Below, piece after piece: positions 34,454 to 44,636 of a DNA stretch of 64,000 nucleotides. The translations under genes and the position numbers were made by a program. Under the pieces are notes generated by a model. The model was given only the letters and a program-made list of their open reading frames with translations. It was not told the origin of the DNA and did not search any database. The DNA lies in assembly GCA_965221185.1 (NCBI GenBank), contig OZ244866.1:534901-598900 (forward strand), in the 5' to 3' direction. The first letter of the stretch is position 1. Each line of letters starts with the position of its first letter. This DNA is from Candidatus Aldehydirespirator sp. GTDB lineage: Bacteria > Actinomycetota > Acidimicrobiia > Acidimicrobiales > Aldehydirespiratoraceae.

Positions 34454-35185
34454 ATGGACTCCGACGCAATCGTCAACCAGATCGAGCTCGACGGGCGGCG
34501 CCTGATCGAGGTGGCCCGTTCCGACCTCGAAGCGGCCGTGCCCACCTGCGGTGACTGGAAGTTGCGCGACCTGGCCGGGCACATGGGATGGGTCCACGGG
34601 CTGGTCGGCAGCTACGTGGCCAGTCGGGCCACCGAGCCCCTCGGCAGAGAGCAGATGCCCCAGGTGCCCGACGATGACTCGGTCGTGGACTTCGCGGCGG
34701 CGTCGCTGGGCCGGCTCGTCGACGCCCTGGCCAGCATCGAGCCCGAGACCCCGGTGTGGAACTGGTCGCCCCGGCCCGATGCCGGCTTCTATTTCCGCCG
34801 GATGCTGCATGAGACCAGCGTGCATCGTTGGGACGCCGAGAATGCGGTCGGAGTGACGGGTCCGGTGGACGGCGAGCAGGGTTGTGACGGGGTGGACGAG
34901 TTCTTCGACTTCGTGCTGCCCAATACCCAGAAGCGCAAGCGCCGAGACTTGCCCTCGGGGAGCTTGCATCTGCACCGAACCGACGGCGACGGCGAGTGGA
35001 TCGTCAAGGCGAACGGCGACGAGGTGGTGTTAGAGCACGCCCACGTTAAAGGCGACGCCGCGTTGCGCGGTCCGGGTGGAGCGCTCTTCCTCGCCATGTG
35101 GAGCCGGCTGCCTCTGGACGACGACTCGCTGTCGGTGATGGGCGATGAGGCGACGGCCAGCGCTTGGGCAGCTCTCGCTCCGTGA
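34454..35185 (+). CDS. Mycothiol-dependent maleylpyruvate isomerase family (DinB-like) protein
   Basis: ATG at 34454. It has WKLRDLAGHMG and LHETSVHRWDAENA motifs and a C-terminal SCP2-like part. Confidence 0.65.
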   Translation: MDSDAIVNQIELDGRRLIEVARSDLEAAVPTCGDWKLRDLAGHMGWVHGLVGSYVASRATEPLGREQMPQVPDDDSVVDFAAASLGRLVDALASIEPETPVWNWSPRPDAGFYFRRMLHETSVHRWDAENAVGVTGPVDGEQGCDGVDEFFDFVLPNTQKRKRRDLPSGSLHLHRTDGDGEWIVKANGDEVVLEHAHVKGDAALRGPGGALFLAMWSRLPLDDDSLSVMGDEATASAWAALAP

Positions 35186-36042
35186 ACGACGGCCCCGACG
35201 CCGACGGGGAAGACCCGGACGGCGCGGAAACCGCCCTTGTCTCCGAGGTGTCCAGCGCCTCTGAGGTGTCCAGCGTCTCTGAGGTGTCCAGCGTCTCTGA
35301 GATGTCGGACGCCGATCCCGGGAGCAAGAACTTCGCGGCGGCACAGTCCCGTCGCATGACCTGGGGCGGGGGCAGCCAGCTCGACCAGCTCATGCCGGTG
35401 GTGCTGTTCTTGGTGTTCTACAACCTGGACCGAGTACAGGTAGCGGGTCTGAGCAACATCGAGGTCGCCGTGATCGCAGCCACGGCATGGTCGATCAAAG
35501 CTGCTTACAGCCGTCTCCGTCGGGGCCTGCCGATCGGGAAGTGGCTGCCGGCCATCACGGGATACCTGGTAGTGCGGGCCGCGTTCAGCATTGCCGTGGA
35601 GCGCGAGTTGGTGGACTTCGGCGTGAGCTCCGAAGCGGTGTATTTCGGCATCGGCATCGGCACCAAGATGCTGGTGGGACTAGCGGCCGTAGCCACCATC
35701 ATGGTGGGCAAGCCCTTCGCGCTGTGGGCTGTGCGTTTCGTCCCCGATCTCCCGGAGGCTTTGAGGAATGATCGGCGTTTCGTGGCCACCCTGCGCGACG
35801 TCACGTGGGTCGTCGCCTTCTACGAGATCGGTTCATCGGTGTGGGACACCTGGCTGTACAACAACTCCGGGGTGACCTCGTTCGTGATCATCCGCTATCT
35901 GGGCAACTACGTGGCGTCCTTCGTGCTGATCTTCGCCACGTTCATCTACATGGAGCGGCGGTTCTCGAGGATCGAGGGCTGCCCGAGTCTGGTAGAGCTC
36001 GTCAGCCGTATGATGCACCGCAGTCCCGCGAGCAACTCGTGA
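35182..36042 (+). CDS. Polytopic membrane protein with an acidic N-terminal SEVSS-repeat tail (hypothetical)
   Basis: The GTG at 35182 overlaps the previous stop (GTGA); the track start is the TTG at 35164. There are five or six TM helices after an Asp/Ser-rich tail. Confidence 0.55.
   Translation: MNDGPDADGEDPDGAETALVSEVSSASEVSSVSEVSSVSEMSDADPGSKNFAAAQSRRMTWGGGSQLDQLMPVVLFLVFYNLDRVQVAGLSNIEVAVIAATAWSIKAAYSRLRRGLPIGKWLPAITGYLVVRAAFSIAVERELVDFGVSSEAVYFGIGIGTKMLVGLAAVATIMVGKPFALWAVRFVPDLPEALRNDRRFVATLRDVTWVVAFYEIGSSVWDTWLYNNSGVTSFVIIRYLGNYVASFVLIFATFIYMERRFSRIEGCPSLVELVSRMMHRSPASNS
35245..35307 (+). repeat. 18-bp in-frame tandem repeat x3.5 (gaggtgtccagcg[c/t]ctct) encoding SEVSS[A/V]
   Basis: Direct reading. 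Confidence 0.85.
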
Positions 36043-36073
36043 CCAGGGTCGAGAGTGCCTCCAGGGCCAATCC

Positions 36074-38188
36074 CTAGACGGCGCGCAGGCGCTCCCATTC
36101 GTCCAGGAGGCTGGAGTCGACGCCGCGCACGAGGGCGCCCAGCCACTCCGTCGCCTCTCCGAGATGCTCATTGACAGCTGAGGCGGGAACAGTCTGCACC
36201 AGCGCCTTGTAGCAGTCGGTCAGGTAGCGCAGCACCAGACCCTCGGAGCGCTTGAGCCCGTACCGGCTCACGTACTGGTTGAAGGTGTCGGTGTGCTCAA
36301 CCATGTCGCGTACCACCGACTTGGGGCTGGGCCGCAGATGGCCGACCCAAGGGTGGTGGCGGGCGAACACGTCGAAGGCAGGATCGATGAACTCAGCCTC
36401 CGGCTGGGGCCAGGTCACCTCGGCCAGCCGCTCCATGCGCTCTTCGTACTCGACGCCCTCGTCCTTCATCCGGGTCATGAGCTCGTCTTTGGCCTTGTCC
36501 CGCTGGGCCAGCAGCACGGCCCTCGGGTCCTCCAGCACCGACTCCACCACGCTGAGCGCCTGCAGGTGGTAGTCGGGGGCCTCGGAGTCGAGAACGGAGA
36601 CGGCCTCCAGCGCGAACAGCCCCAGTGGCTGGTTGAGCCGGAACTCGTCCTGCAGGTCGAGGTTCACCCGCACCGGGCGGCCCAGTCCGTCGGGTTCGTC
36701 GAGCACCTCCACGATCTCCGCGTCGATCAGGGAGCGGAACACGCCCACGGCCTTGCGGATGTGTCGGCGCTGGCGGGAGCGGGGCTCGTGGTTGTCGACC
36801 AGAAGGCGCTTCATGGCCGCGCAGCCGTCGCCGGGACGGTCCAACACGTTGAGCATCATGGAGTGGGTCACGTCGAAGCTCGACTGCAGCATCTCGGGTG
36901 TGCCGTCCCACAGGCGGGCCAGGGTCTTGTCGTCGTAGGGCGCGTAGCCCCTCTCCGGGGGCTTGCTTCGCACCAACTTGCGCAGCTTCTTGGGGTCGCC
37001 GGCAGCCCGCATCTCGGCCCGCTTGTTCTCCACCGCGTGCTGGGGGGCCTGAACCCACACGCTGCCGATCGTGTCGAAGCCCCGCCTGCCGGCCCGTCCC
37101 GCGATCTGCTGGAAGTCGCGCACCGACAGCACCCGGGTGCGCCGGCCGTCGTACTTGTAGAGCTGGGTGAACAGCACGGTTCGGATGGGAACGTTCACGC
37201 CCACGCCGAGGGTGTCGGTGCCGCAGATCAGCTTGAGGTGGCCCTGCTGGGCCAGCTTCTCGGTCAGCAGCCGGTACTTGGGCAGCAGCCCGGCGTGATG
37301 CACGCCGATGCCGGCCAGCACGAAGCGGCGCAGATCCTTGCCGATGGGCGTGTCGAAGCGGAAACCGCCCACCGCCTCCTTGACCGCGGCCTTCTGCTCG
37401 GCGCTGAGCACCTTCAGGCTGGTGAGGCTCTGGGCTCGGGCTGTGGCCTCCCTCTGGGTGAAATGCACTATGTACACCGGCGCCTGCCCGGTCTTGAGCA
37501 ACTCCTCGATGGATACGTGCAGGGGGGTCTCGCGGTACTCGACGTCGAGGGGGACCGGGCGCTCGGCCGAAGCCACCAGGGCGGTGTCGCGGCCGGTGCG
37601 GGCGGTCAGGTCCCGGCGCAGCGCCGTCGTGTCGCCCAGAGTGGCCGACATGAGCAGGAACCGAGCTCTGGGAAGCTGCAGCAGCGGCACCTGCCAGGCC
37701 CAGCCCCGATCCCGGTCGCCGTAGTAGTGGAACTCGTCCATCACGACTAGGTCGGCGGGAGTGTCGGCACCGGACCGAAGGGCTCGCTGAGCCAGGATCT
37801 CCGCGGTGCAGGCAATCACCGGGGCGTTGCCGTTGACGGAGGCGTCGCCGGTGACCATGCCGACGTTGTCGGGGCCGAGCGCCGCGGTCAGCTCGAAGAA
37901 CTTCTCGCTCACCAGGGCCTTGATGGGCGCCGTGTAGGTGGTGCGCCGCCCCTGGGCCAGCGTGGCGAACGCTCCCGCCACGGCCACCAGCGACTTGCCC
38001 GAACCGGTAGGCGTCGACAGGACCACGTTCTCGCCCGCCAGCAGTCGCAGGACCGCCTCCTCCTGGTGCGAGTACAGCTCGAGTCCGGCGGCGAGCGACC
38101 ATTCCAGGAACGCATCGAGCAGTTCGTCGCTGCCGGATGTCTCCGGAATGAAGTCGCCGAGTGAGGGCGGGACCTTGAGGGCGGCCAT
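36074..38188 (-). CDS. Ski2-like DEAD/DEAH-box helicase with a long C-terminal DUF3516-type domain
   Basis: Motif I TPTGSGKS, motif II VMDEFH, SAT, and motif VI QIAGRAGRRG. Confidence 0.8.
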   Translation of the reverse strand: MAALKVPPSLGDFIPETSGSDELLDAFLEWSLAAGLELYSHQEEAVLRLLAGENVVLSTPTGSGKSLVAVAGAFATLAQGRRTTYTAPIKALVSEKFFELTAALGPDNVGMVTGDASVNGNAPVIACTAEILAQRALRSGADTPADLVVMDEFHYYGDRDRGWAWQVPLLQLPRARFLLMSATLGDTTALRRDLTARTGRDTALVASAERPVPLDVEYRETPLHVSIEELLKTGQAPVYIVHFTQREATARAQSLTSLKVLSAEQKAAVKEAVGGFRFDTPIGKDLRRFVLAGIGVHHAGLLPKYRLLTEKLAQQGHLKLICGTDTLGVGVNVPIRTVLFTQLYKYDGRRTRVLSVRDFQQIAGRAGRRGFDTIGSVWVQAPQHAVENKRAEMRAAGDPKKLRKLVRSKPPERGYAPYDDKTLARLWDGTPEMLQSSFDVTHSMMLNVLDRPGDGCAAMKRLLVDNHEPRSRQRRHIRKAVGVFRSLIDAEIVEVLDEPDGLGRPVRVNLDLQDEFRLNQPLGLFALEAVSVLDSEAPDYHLQALSVVESVLEDPRAVLLAQRDKAKDELMTRMKDEGVEYEERMERLAEVTWPQPEAEFIDPAFDVFARHHPWVGHLRPSPKSVVRDMVEHTDTFNQYVSRYGLKRSEGLVLRYLTDCYKALVQTVPASAVNEHLGEATEWLGALVRGVDSSLLDEWERLRAV

Positions 38189-38280
38189 GCCACCGGCAGG
38201 CTAGATGGCGAGGCCGGGACGCGGCACAGACAGAAGACCGCCTTGGGCTGCGGCATGTTGTTTCCCGTAGCGTTCCGCGG

Positions 38281-39570
38281 ATGTCGATCCAGGGGCCGCC
38301 GGAGCCGCCGGAGTTGCAAGGCTGGCCTAGGGCCAGCCGCCCGGGGCGGATCGGGCCGGGGTTGTGGGCGCTGTTCGGAGCGACCTTCTTCTCGATGGCG
38401 ATGACAATCGGGCAGATCACGATTCTGGGCAAGCAGGTGTTCGACATGACCGGCCGCCCGCTGTACCTGGGGCTGCTGGGATTGGCGGAATTCGTGCCCG
38501 CCTTCCTGCTCGCACCGATCACCGGCACGGTCGCGGACCGATTCGAGCGCCGTCTCGTGTTCGCATGGGGTCTTGGCGGCGAGGCCCTCGCCTCAGTCGG
38601 CCTGTTCTTCTACGTCGCGTCGAACCCGACGTCGGTGCTCCCCATATACGGCCTGGTCGTCGCTTTCGGCACTGCTCGAGCCTTCCAAATGGCGGTGAGC
38701 CGGGCCCTGCCGGTGGATCTGGCACCGGAAGGGGCCCGGGAGCGGACGGTGGCGCTGAATGTTGCGGGGTGGCAGGCGGGCTTCATCGTCGGCCCCGTGA
38801 CGTTCGGCTTCGCGTTCGAGGTCGATCCGGCCTTCCCGTACCTGCTGGCGGCCTGCTGCTCAGCAGCCGCGATCGCCCTGCTCATGCTCGTGCCGTCGGG
38901 CGACGTGCAGCGGGCCGGGGTCGCGGCCGGAGCCGGTGCGCGGGCCGCGTTCGGGCACGCCCTCGAGGGCCTGCGCTACGTCCTGAGCAACCGGGTGGTG
39001 CTCGGAGCGATCTCTCTCGATCTGTTCGCGGTCTTCCTGGGCGGCGTGCAGTTGCTGCTGCCCGCCATCGCCGAGGAGCGCCTCGGCGTGGGCGCCGTGG
39101 GCCTCGGCTGGTTGGCGGCCGCGCTGGGCATCGGGGCCGCAGCGGTGATGGTGGCCCTGTCGGTGCGACCACTCGAGCGGCGAGTGGGCCCATCGCTGAT
39201 GGCGGTGGTGGCCGCCTTCGGCGTCGGCGCGATCGTGCTCGGCTTGACCCGATCGTACGTTGTCGCCTTCGCGGCTCTGCTGGCAATGGGAGCGGCCGAC
39301 TCCGTGAGCGTCTTCATCCGCGGCACGATCGTCCCGCTGGCCACGCCGGAGGAGATGCGGGGACGGGTCCTGGCCGTGGAGTACGTCTTCATCGGCGGCT
39401 CGAACGAGCTGGGCGGATTCAGAGCGGGCGTGACCGCGGCGCTGGTCGGTGTCGCTGGGGCGGTTGTGTTCGGCGGCGCGGGCACCCTGGCCGTGGTGGC
39501 GATCTGGTTGTTGTGGTTCCCCGAGTTGCGGAGCATCGACGGCTTCGCTGAAGTGCAACCCGACACCTAA
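38281..39570 (+). CDS. MFS transporter (EntS/MFS_3-like)
   Basis: 12-TM profile with a GTVADRFERR loop motif. Confidence 0.7.
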   Translation: MSIQGPPEPPELQGWPRASRPGRIGPGLWALFGATFFSMAMTIGQITILGKQVFDMTGRPLYLGLLGLAEFVPAFLLAPITGTVADRFERRLVFAWGLGGEALASVGLFFYVASNPTSVLPIYGLVVAFGTARAFQMAVSRALPVDLAPEGARERTVALNVAGWQAGFIVGPVTFGFAFEVDPAFPYLLAACCSAAAIALLMLVPSGDVQRAGVAAGAGARAAFGHALEGLRYVLSNRVVLGAISLDLFAVFLGGVQLLLPAIAEERLGVGAVGLGWLAAALGIGAAAVMVALSVRPLERRVGPSLMAVVAAFGVGAIVLGLTRSYVVAFAALLAMGAADSVSVFIRGTIVPLATPEEMRGRVLAVEYVFIGGSNELGGFRAGVTAALVGVAGAVVFGGAGTLAVVAIWLLWFPELRSIDGFAEVQPDT

Positions 39571-39694
39571 CCCCCGACCTCGCCCCTTCTGGAGGGATTT
39601 CCTGGACTTGAAGGGGGAGAGTTTCCTTTGGCGACAGGAAGTTCGGCGCGCGGGCAATGGGTCAAGGAAGCGCGCTGACGCGGACGAGCCGGCC

Positions 39695-40087
39695 ATGACG
39701 GATACTGGGGGCATGACGACGGTGCAGGGGCTGGACCACATCGTGTTGAACGTGGTCGACGCAGAGCGCTCAATGCGCTGGTACTGCGACCGGCTGGGAC
39801 TCGAGCCGGTCCGCTACGAGGAATGGAAGGCCGGCGAAGCGCCGTTCGTGTCGGTCCGCATCGACGAGGCCACGATCATCGACCTGATGGAGATCGAGCG
39901 AAGCGGAGAGAACCTGAACCACTTCGCGCTCCGGGTAACGGGCGACGTGGAGTCGATCGTGGCCCACCCCGACGTGGAGGTGGTGCGCCGATCGCCGCGG
40001 GTCTTCGGGGCTCAGGGATGGGGCTCGGCGGTCTACGTCAGCGACCCCGACGGCAACGAGGTCGAACTGCGGTCCTACGGTTCCTGA
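39695..40087 (+). CDS. VOC / glyoxalase-family protein
   Basis: LDHIVLNVVDAERSMRWYCDRLGL and YVSDPDGNEVEL. The start could instead be the ATG at 39713. Confidence 0.7.
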   Translation: MTDTGGMTTVQGLDHIVLNVVDAERSMRWYCDRLGLEPVRYEEWKAGEAPFVSVRIDEATIIDLMEIERSGENLNHFALRVTGDVESIVAHPDVEVVRRSPRVFGAQGWGSAVYVSDPDGNEVELRSYGS

Positions 40088-40123
40088 GCGTGCTCTCGCA
40101 CGCCTGGCGAGCCCGTGCGCCAG
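40088..40123. terminator. Two adjacent GC hairpins (GCGTGC-tctc-GCACGC and CTGGCG-N8-CGCCAG) between convergent genes
   Basis: Direct reading. They lie between the VOC stop (40087) and the SDR stop (40151). Confidence 0.4.
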
Positions 40124-40150
40124 CGCAACGGGTGCGGCGGCGCAGCGAGG

Positions 40151-40978
40151 TCAGGCCAGGCCGGCGAAGTCGACCTGGTTGGTGGCGAACCAGGCGCTGA
40201 ACCCGTGGTCGGCGATCATGTTGTGGCCGTTCATGGCTGCGCTCGCGTCGGATCCGAGCATCACCAGAGTGCGGGCGATTTCGACGGGGGTCAGGATTCC
40301 GGCTGACTGGTCCACCATCCAGTCGATGATCTTCTCGGTCATGTGGCGGCGGAAATCGTGCAGCAGGGGGGTGTCGATCACGCCGGGGCAGACGCTGTTG
40401 GTGCGCACGCCGTATTCGAGGTAGCTGCGGCGCGAGCCGTGCATGGTCCACACCTGGGCCACCTCCTTGGAGAACTCGTACGGAGCCGGATCGATCAGCT
40501 CGCCGTGGCCGTCGATCCAGGCAAGGGCGTCGTCCCAGCCGTCGATGGCGATCAACTCGGAGATCTCAGCGAGGTGCTTGGGCCAGCCCTGACCGGCAAC
40601 CGAGGCGGTATTGACGATGGCGCCACCCCGGTTCATGGTGGGCAGCAGGCCCCCGCTGAGACGGCGCAGGCCCAGGTAGTTGACCCCTAGCACAAAGTCT
40701 GAGGAGTGCACGCCGGCCACTCCGGCGTTGTTGAACAGCACGTCGACGCCCGGGCCTATCGCCTCGCAGGCCTCGTCGATCGAGTCGGGGTCGCTGAGGT
40801 CGGCGGCCACATATGCGGTGGCCGGACCGGTGGGCTCGTTGCGGTCGAGCACTGTGAGGTCGGTGCACCCCGCCTCGCTCAGCAGCTCGACGGCGGCCGC
40901 GCCCACGCCGCTGGCGCCCCCGGTGAGCACCACCTTCTTGCCGTCATAGCTGAAGAGGTTCGATGAGGATGCGGGCAC
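40151..40978 (-). CDS. SDR-family oxidoreductase
   Basis: The GTG at 40978 is preceded by AAGGAG at a 7-nt spacing; the track start at 41026 would overlap the P450. Motifs are VVLTGGASGVGAA, NNAG and YEFSK. Confidence 0.7.
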   Translation of the reverse strand: MPASSSNLFSYDGKKVVLTGGASGVGAAAVELLSEAGCTDLTVLDRNEPTGPATAYVAADLSDPDSIDEACEAIGPGVDVLFNNAGVAGVHSSDFVLGVNYLGLRRLSGGLLPTMNRGGAIVNTASVAGQGWPKHLAEISELIAIDGWDDALAWIDGHGELIDPAPYEFSKEVAQVWTMHGSRRSYLEYGVRTNSVCPGVIDTPLLHDFRRHMTEKIIDWMVDQSAGILTPVEIARTLVMLGSDASAAMNGHNMIADHGFSAWFATNQVDFAGLA

Positions 40979-41018
40979 GGTGCGACTCCTTATGGTCTCG
41001 GCTGGCAGTGCAGTCCGG

Positions 41019-42245
41019 TCAGGCACCGATGAAGGCTAGGTGGGCCTCGCGCAGACCGTGGACGAAGGCGTTGGGCATCTCCACCTGGGGTGCGCCCTCG
41101 ATGCGCTCGATGCGGGCCACCCGCTCCAGCAGGCGCTCGAAGAAGATCTGGATCTCGAGGCGTGCCAGCGCCGCGCCGAGACAGAAGTGGGTGCCGAAGC
41201 CGAAGGCGATGTGGTTGTTGGGGCTCCGGGTCACGTCGTAGGTCTCGGGATCGTGGAAATGGCGGGGATCTCGGTTGGCCGCCGGGTACATCATCACCAC
41301 CTGCTGGCCCTTGCGGATCGTCTGGCCCCCCAGCTCGGTGTCTGCGGTGGCGGTCCGGCACATGTTGTGGATGGGAGTCACCCAGCGGATGAACTCTTCC
41401 ACCGCGATCTCGAGGTCCGAGCCCCCCTTGAGCGCGGCCCAGGCATCGGGACGGTCGGCCAGGTCCAGCAGCGTGCGGGCGATCACGGTGCGGGTGGTCT
41501 CGGCCCCGCCGTCTAGCAGCAGCAGGCAGTCCGAGACCATCTGGTCCAACCCGAACTCTGAGCCGCCCACCATCCCATCACTGTCGGTCTCGACCTCTAT
41601 CCAGCGCGACATCACGTCACCGGCCGGGCAGCCCTGCTTCTGGGTGTACAGCTCGGCGCAGGCCACCGCGAACTCCAGAACCGCCTCGACGCCTTCTTGG
41701 GTGTGGTAGCGGGGACCGCCGCCCGTGGCGATGGACGTCTCCGACCAGTGTTTGAGCTTGGGCCAAAGGTCGTCGTCGAAACCCAGCAGCAAACCGATCA
41801 TCTTTGCCGGCAGGGGAGCGGCCAGTTCGTCCACGATCTCGGCCCGGCCCCGCTCGATCACCGGGTCGAGCAGCTCGTCGACGGTCTCGGTGATGTGGCC
41901 GCGCCACTGCTGGACCGCTCGGGGTGTGAAACGGCGCGACACCAGCGTGCGTCGGGCCTGGTGCAGCGGATCGTCTCTGCCGATGATCGACTGGTCGGCT
42001 GGGATGTTGGGCCGGTAGCCGCCCTTGTCCCTGTCGGAGCTGATGAAGCGGCGCTTGTTCTTCTCGACGGCCACGATGTCGTCGTAGCGGGTGATCACCC
42101 ACAGCTCGTTGATGCTGTCCCAGTGGCACGGCGAGTTCTCCCGCAGCCAGGCATAGCGGGAGTAGGGATCGTTGACGTAGAAGTCGCCGTCGAGGATGTC
42201 GAGGGGTCGGGGATCGACGGGCGTTACGGGCATAGCCAGGGTCAT
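41019..42245 (-). CDS. Cytochrome P450
   Basis: Heme-binding loop FGFGTHFCLGAALARLE, ExxR (EEFIRW) and the I-helix LLLLDGGAETT. Confidence 0.9.
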   Translation of the reverse strand: MTLAMPVTPVDPRPLDILDGDFYVNDPYSRYAWLRENSPCHWDSINELWVITRYDDIVAVEKNKRRFISSDRDKGGYRPNIPADQSIIGRDDPLHQARRTLVSRRFTPRAVQQWRGHITETVDELLDPVIERGRAEIVDELAAPLPAKMIGLLLGFDDDLWPKLKHWSETSIATGGGPRYHTQEGVEAVLEFAVACAELYTQKQGCPAGDVMSRWIEVETDSDGMVGGSEFGLDQMVSDCLLLLDGGAETTRTVIARTLLDLADRPDAWAALKGGSDLEIAVEEFIRWVTPIHNMCRTATADTELGGQTIRKGQQVVMMYPAANRDPRHFHDPETYDVTRSPNNHIAFGFGTHFCLGAALARLEIQIFFERLLERVARIERIEGAPQVEMPNAFVHGLREAHLAFIGA

Positions 42246-42296
42246 CTTAAGGCGGGGCTCGATGACACCCAGAGGCCCCGGCGGTCGATACGGGGG

Positions 42297-42668
42297 TCAC
42301 GGGAAGAGACTCCGCAGCGCGGTCCACAGCACCCACAGGCCCGAGATGGCGAACGGTCCGGGAATGGCGATCACCAGGGTCCAGGTCAGGTAGCGCACCC
42401 AGGCAGGGCGGTCAGCGAAGCGCCTCTGATGGAAGGCGGCGTCGAGGTGCTCAGCCTCAATGTCGGACCGCTCGAGGCCGAGCACCTCGGCTGCGATGTC
42501 GGCGACCTCGGTGCGCACCACAACCATCGCCAGTCGCTCAGTGACATGGTGAGGAGCCACGTCGGTGGCCGGGTCGAAGATCACAGTCGCCTCGTAGCCC
42601 GCCTCCCGGAGCCGGGCCGCGGCCAAGTCGGCCTCCCAGCGGCTGGCGTACTCGGCGATGGGCACCAT
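42297..42668 (-). CDS. Hypothetical protein with a small alpha/beta N-domain and a C-terminal TM hairpin
   Basis: ATG at 42668 (MVPIAEYASRWEADLAAARLREAGY..) within ORF 42297..42764. The hydrophobic C-terminus is YLTWTLVIAIPGPFAISGLWVLW. Confidence 0.45.
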   Translation of the reverse strand: MVPIAEYASRWEADLAAARLREAGYEATVIFDPATDVAPHHVTERLAMVVVRTEVADIAAEVLGLERSDIEAEHLDAAFHQRRFADRPAWVRYLTWTLVIAIPGPFAISGLWVLWTALRSLFP

Positions 42669-42729
42669 GCCCGGCAGTGGCCTCACCCCCATATCGTGCC
42701 CGCTGGAGCCGCCGATAGCGTGCCCACCG

Positions 42730-43668
42730 GTGAGCCCGGCCGTCGCGGTGAACGATCTTGTCAAGCACTACGGCGCGGTCCGGGCTGTGGACGGCGTGTC
42801 GTTCGAGGTGGATCGAGGCGAGGTGTTCGCCCTGCTGGGCCCCAACGGCGCGGGCAAGTCCACCGTCGTGGAGATCCTGGAGGGGCACCGCAGCCGGACC
42901 TCGGGCACGGTGCGGGTGCTGGACACCGATCCCGCCACTGCGGGCCCATCGTTCCGGGACCGCATCGGCATCGTGCTGCAGACCTCGGGCATCGACCCGG
43001 AGCTGACGGTGAGCGAGGCCATCGCCTTCTATGGAGCCGCCTACTCGCGCCCGGTTCCAGCGCACGAGCTCATCGAACTCGTGGATTTGGACGAGAAGGC
43101 CGATGCCCGCATCTCCACCCTGTCGGGAGGGCAGCAGCGCCGCATCGACATGGCTCTCGGGCTGGCTGGCGACCCCGACGTCGTGTTCCTCGACGAGCCG
43201 ACCACCGGCTTCGACCCCGCAGCCCGACGGCGGGGCTGGGAGCTGGTAGAGCGGCTCGCCTCGCAGCAGCGGGCCGTGCTTCTCACCACGCACTACCTCG
43301 ACGAGGCCGAGCAACTCGCCGATCGGGTAGCTGTGCTGGCCAAGGGCCGTATCGTCGCCGAGGGCACCCCGGCCGAGCTGCGAGCTAGGGCGGGCTCTGC
43401 TCTCATCCGCTTCGCGGTGCCCGACAGAGCCGAGCCGGTGCCGGATCTGCTCGACCCGGTCTCGGGCGACATCGTCGGGCGGGGCCGTCACGTGGAGATC
43501 ACCACCGACACCCCCACCGCCGACCTGGCCCATCTCACGGGATGGGCCGCCCAGCGGGGAATCGAACTCGAGGGGCTAACGGTCTCGGCTCCGAGCCTCG
43601 AGGACGTCTACTTGGGCCTCGTGGCGGAAGACGGTGGCCAAAGCGACGAATCGGGGAGCGGATCATGA
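42730..43668 (+). CDS. ABC transporter ATP-binding protein (DrrA/ABC-2 exporter type)
   Basis: GTG at 42730. Motifs are GPNGAGKST, LSGGQQRRIDMA and VVFLDEPTTGFD. Confidence 0.85.
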   Translation: MSPAVAVNDLVKHYGAVRAVDGVSFEVDRGEVFALLGPNGAGKSTVVEILEGHRSRTSGTVRVLDTDPATAGPSFRDRIGIVLQTSGIDPELTVSEAIAFYGAAYSRPVPAHELIELVDLDEKADARISTLSGGQQRRIDMALGLAGDPDVVFLDEPTTGFDPAARRRGWELVERLASQQRAVLLTTHYLDEAEQLADRVAVLAKGRIVAEGTPAELRARAGSALIRFAVPDRAEPVPDLLDPVSGDIVGRGRHVEITTDTPTADLAHLTGWAAQRGIELEGLTVSAPSLEDVYLGLVAEDGGQSDESGSGS

Positions 43669-44477
43669 GATCGCTGTGGCGGGCCGCGCGCCACCAGAAC
43701 CGGATCTTCTGGCGCACGCCGGTGGCGGCCTTCTTCACGCTGGTGTTCCCGATCCTGATGCTCGTGCTGTTCACGGCCATCTTTGGCAACGATGCCTTCG
43801 ACACCGTCTACGGCCGGGTCAACAGCAGCCAGTTCTACACGCCCGGTCTGGCTGTGTTCGCGGCGGCGTCGTCCACCTACACGGGAATAGGCATCAACCT
43901 GGCTAGCCGGCGCGAGCTCGGCATCCTCAAGCGGGTTCGGGGCACTCCCATGCCGCGCTGGACCTACCTGGGCGGCGTGGTGGTGTCGTCGGTGTGGATC
44001 GCTGCGCTCGGCGTGACCGCCATGGTCGTGCTCGGCGTAGTCGCTTACGGCGTGAATGTCGAGGCGGCCAAGGTTCCGGCCATGCTCCTGTCCTTCGCGG
44101 TCGGCTCGGCGTCGTTCGCCGCCCTCGGCCTGGCCCTCGCCTCGGTGGCCCGGTCGGTGTCCATGGCGGTGCCCATAGCCAACGCCACCCTTCTGCCGAT
44201 GGCCTTCATCTCCAACATCTTCGTCCCGTTCGGCAGCGAGACCCCCGGCTGGTTGGAGCTCATGGGAGACATCTTCCCGCTGAAGCATTTCGGTCTGGCC
44301 TTCGGCGAGGCCATGAACCCGCTGTCGGAGGCCCCGGCCGTCGAGTGGCACCGGCTCGGCGTGCTGGTTCTCTGGCTGGCGGCAGGTGCCGCGGTGGCCG
44401 CGTGGCGGTTCAGCTGGGACCCGCCCGTGGTCTCCGGTCGGGGGTCCCGGCGGCGCGCCCGGCGGGTGCCTGCCTAG
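43665..44477 (+). CDS. ABC-2 type transporter permease
   Basis: ATG at 43665 overlaps the ATPase stop (ATGA). It is a six-TM protein. Confidence 0.75.
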   Translation: MRSLWRAARHQNRIFWRTPVAAFFTLVFPILMLVLFTAIFGNDAFDTVYGRVNSSQFYTPGLAVFAAASSTYTGIGINLASRRELGILKRVRGTPMPRWTYLGGVVVSSVWIAALGVTAMVVLGVVAYGVNVEAAKVPAMLLSFAVGSASFAALGLALASVARSVSMAVPIANATLLPMAFISNIFVPFGSETPGWLELMGDIFPLKHFGLAFGEAMNPLSEAPAVEWHRLGVLVLWLAAGAAVAAWRFSWDPPVVSGRGSRRRARRVPA

Positions 44478-44524
44478 AGGCCGAGCGAGCAGGGAGCCAT
44501 TCGTGGGGATCTTCGCGAGACGTT

Positions 44525-44580
44525 GAGCGAGGCCGTGGCCCGAGCGGCCCGTGAGCGAAGCGAACAGGAGCGGGAGACAC
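44525..44580 (+). repeat. Copy of the dispersed intergenic repeat
   Basis: GAGCGAGGCCGTGGCCCGAGCGGCCCGTGAGCGAAGCGAACAGGAGCGGGAGACAC has 3 mismatches in 56 nt against the reverse complement of 9568-9623. Confidence 0.9.
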
Positions 44581-44636
44581 CGAGCCGGACTGCGAAGCGG
44601 GTGCTCCCCGCCCGTGCCTGCGCCTAGCATCGACGG

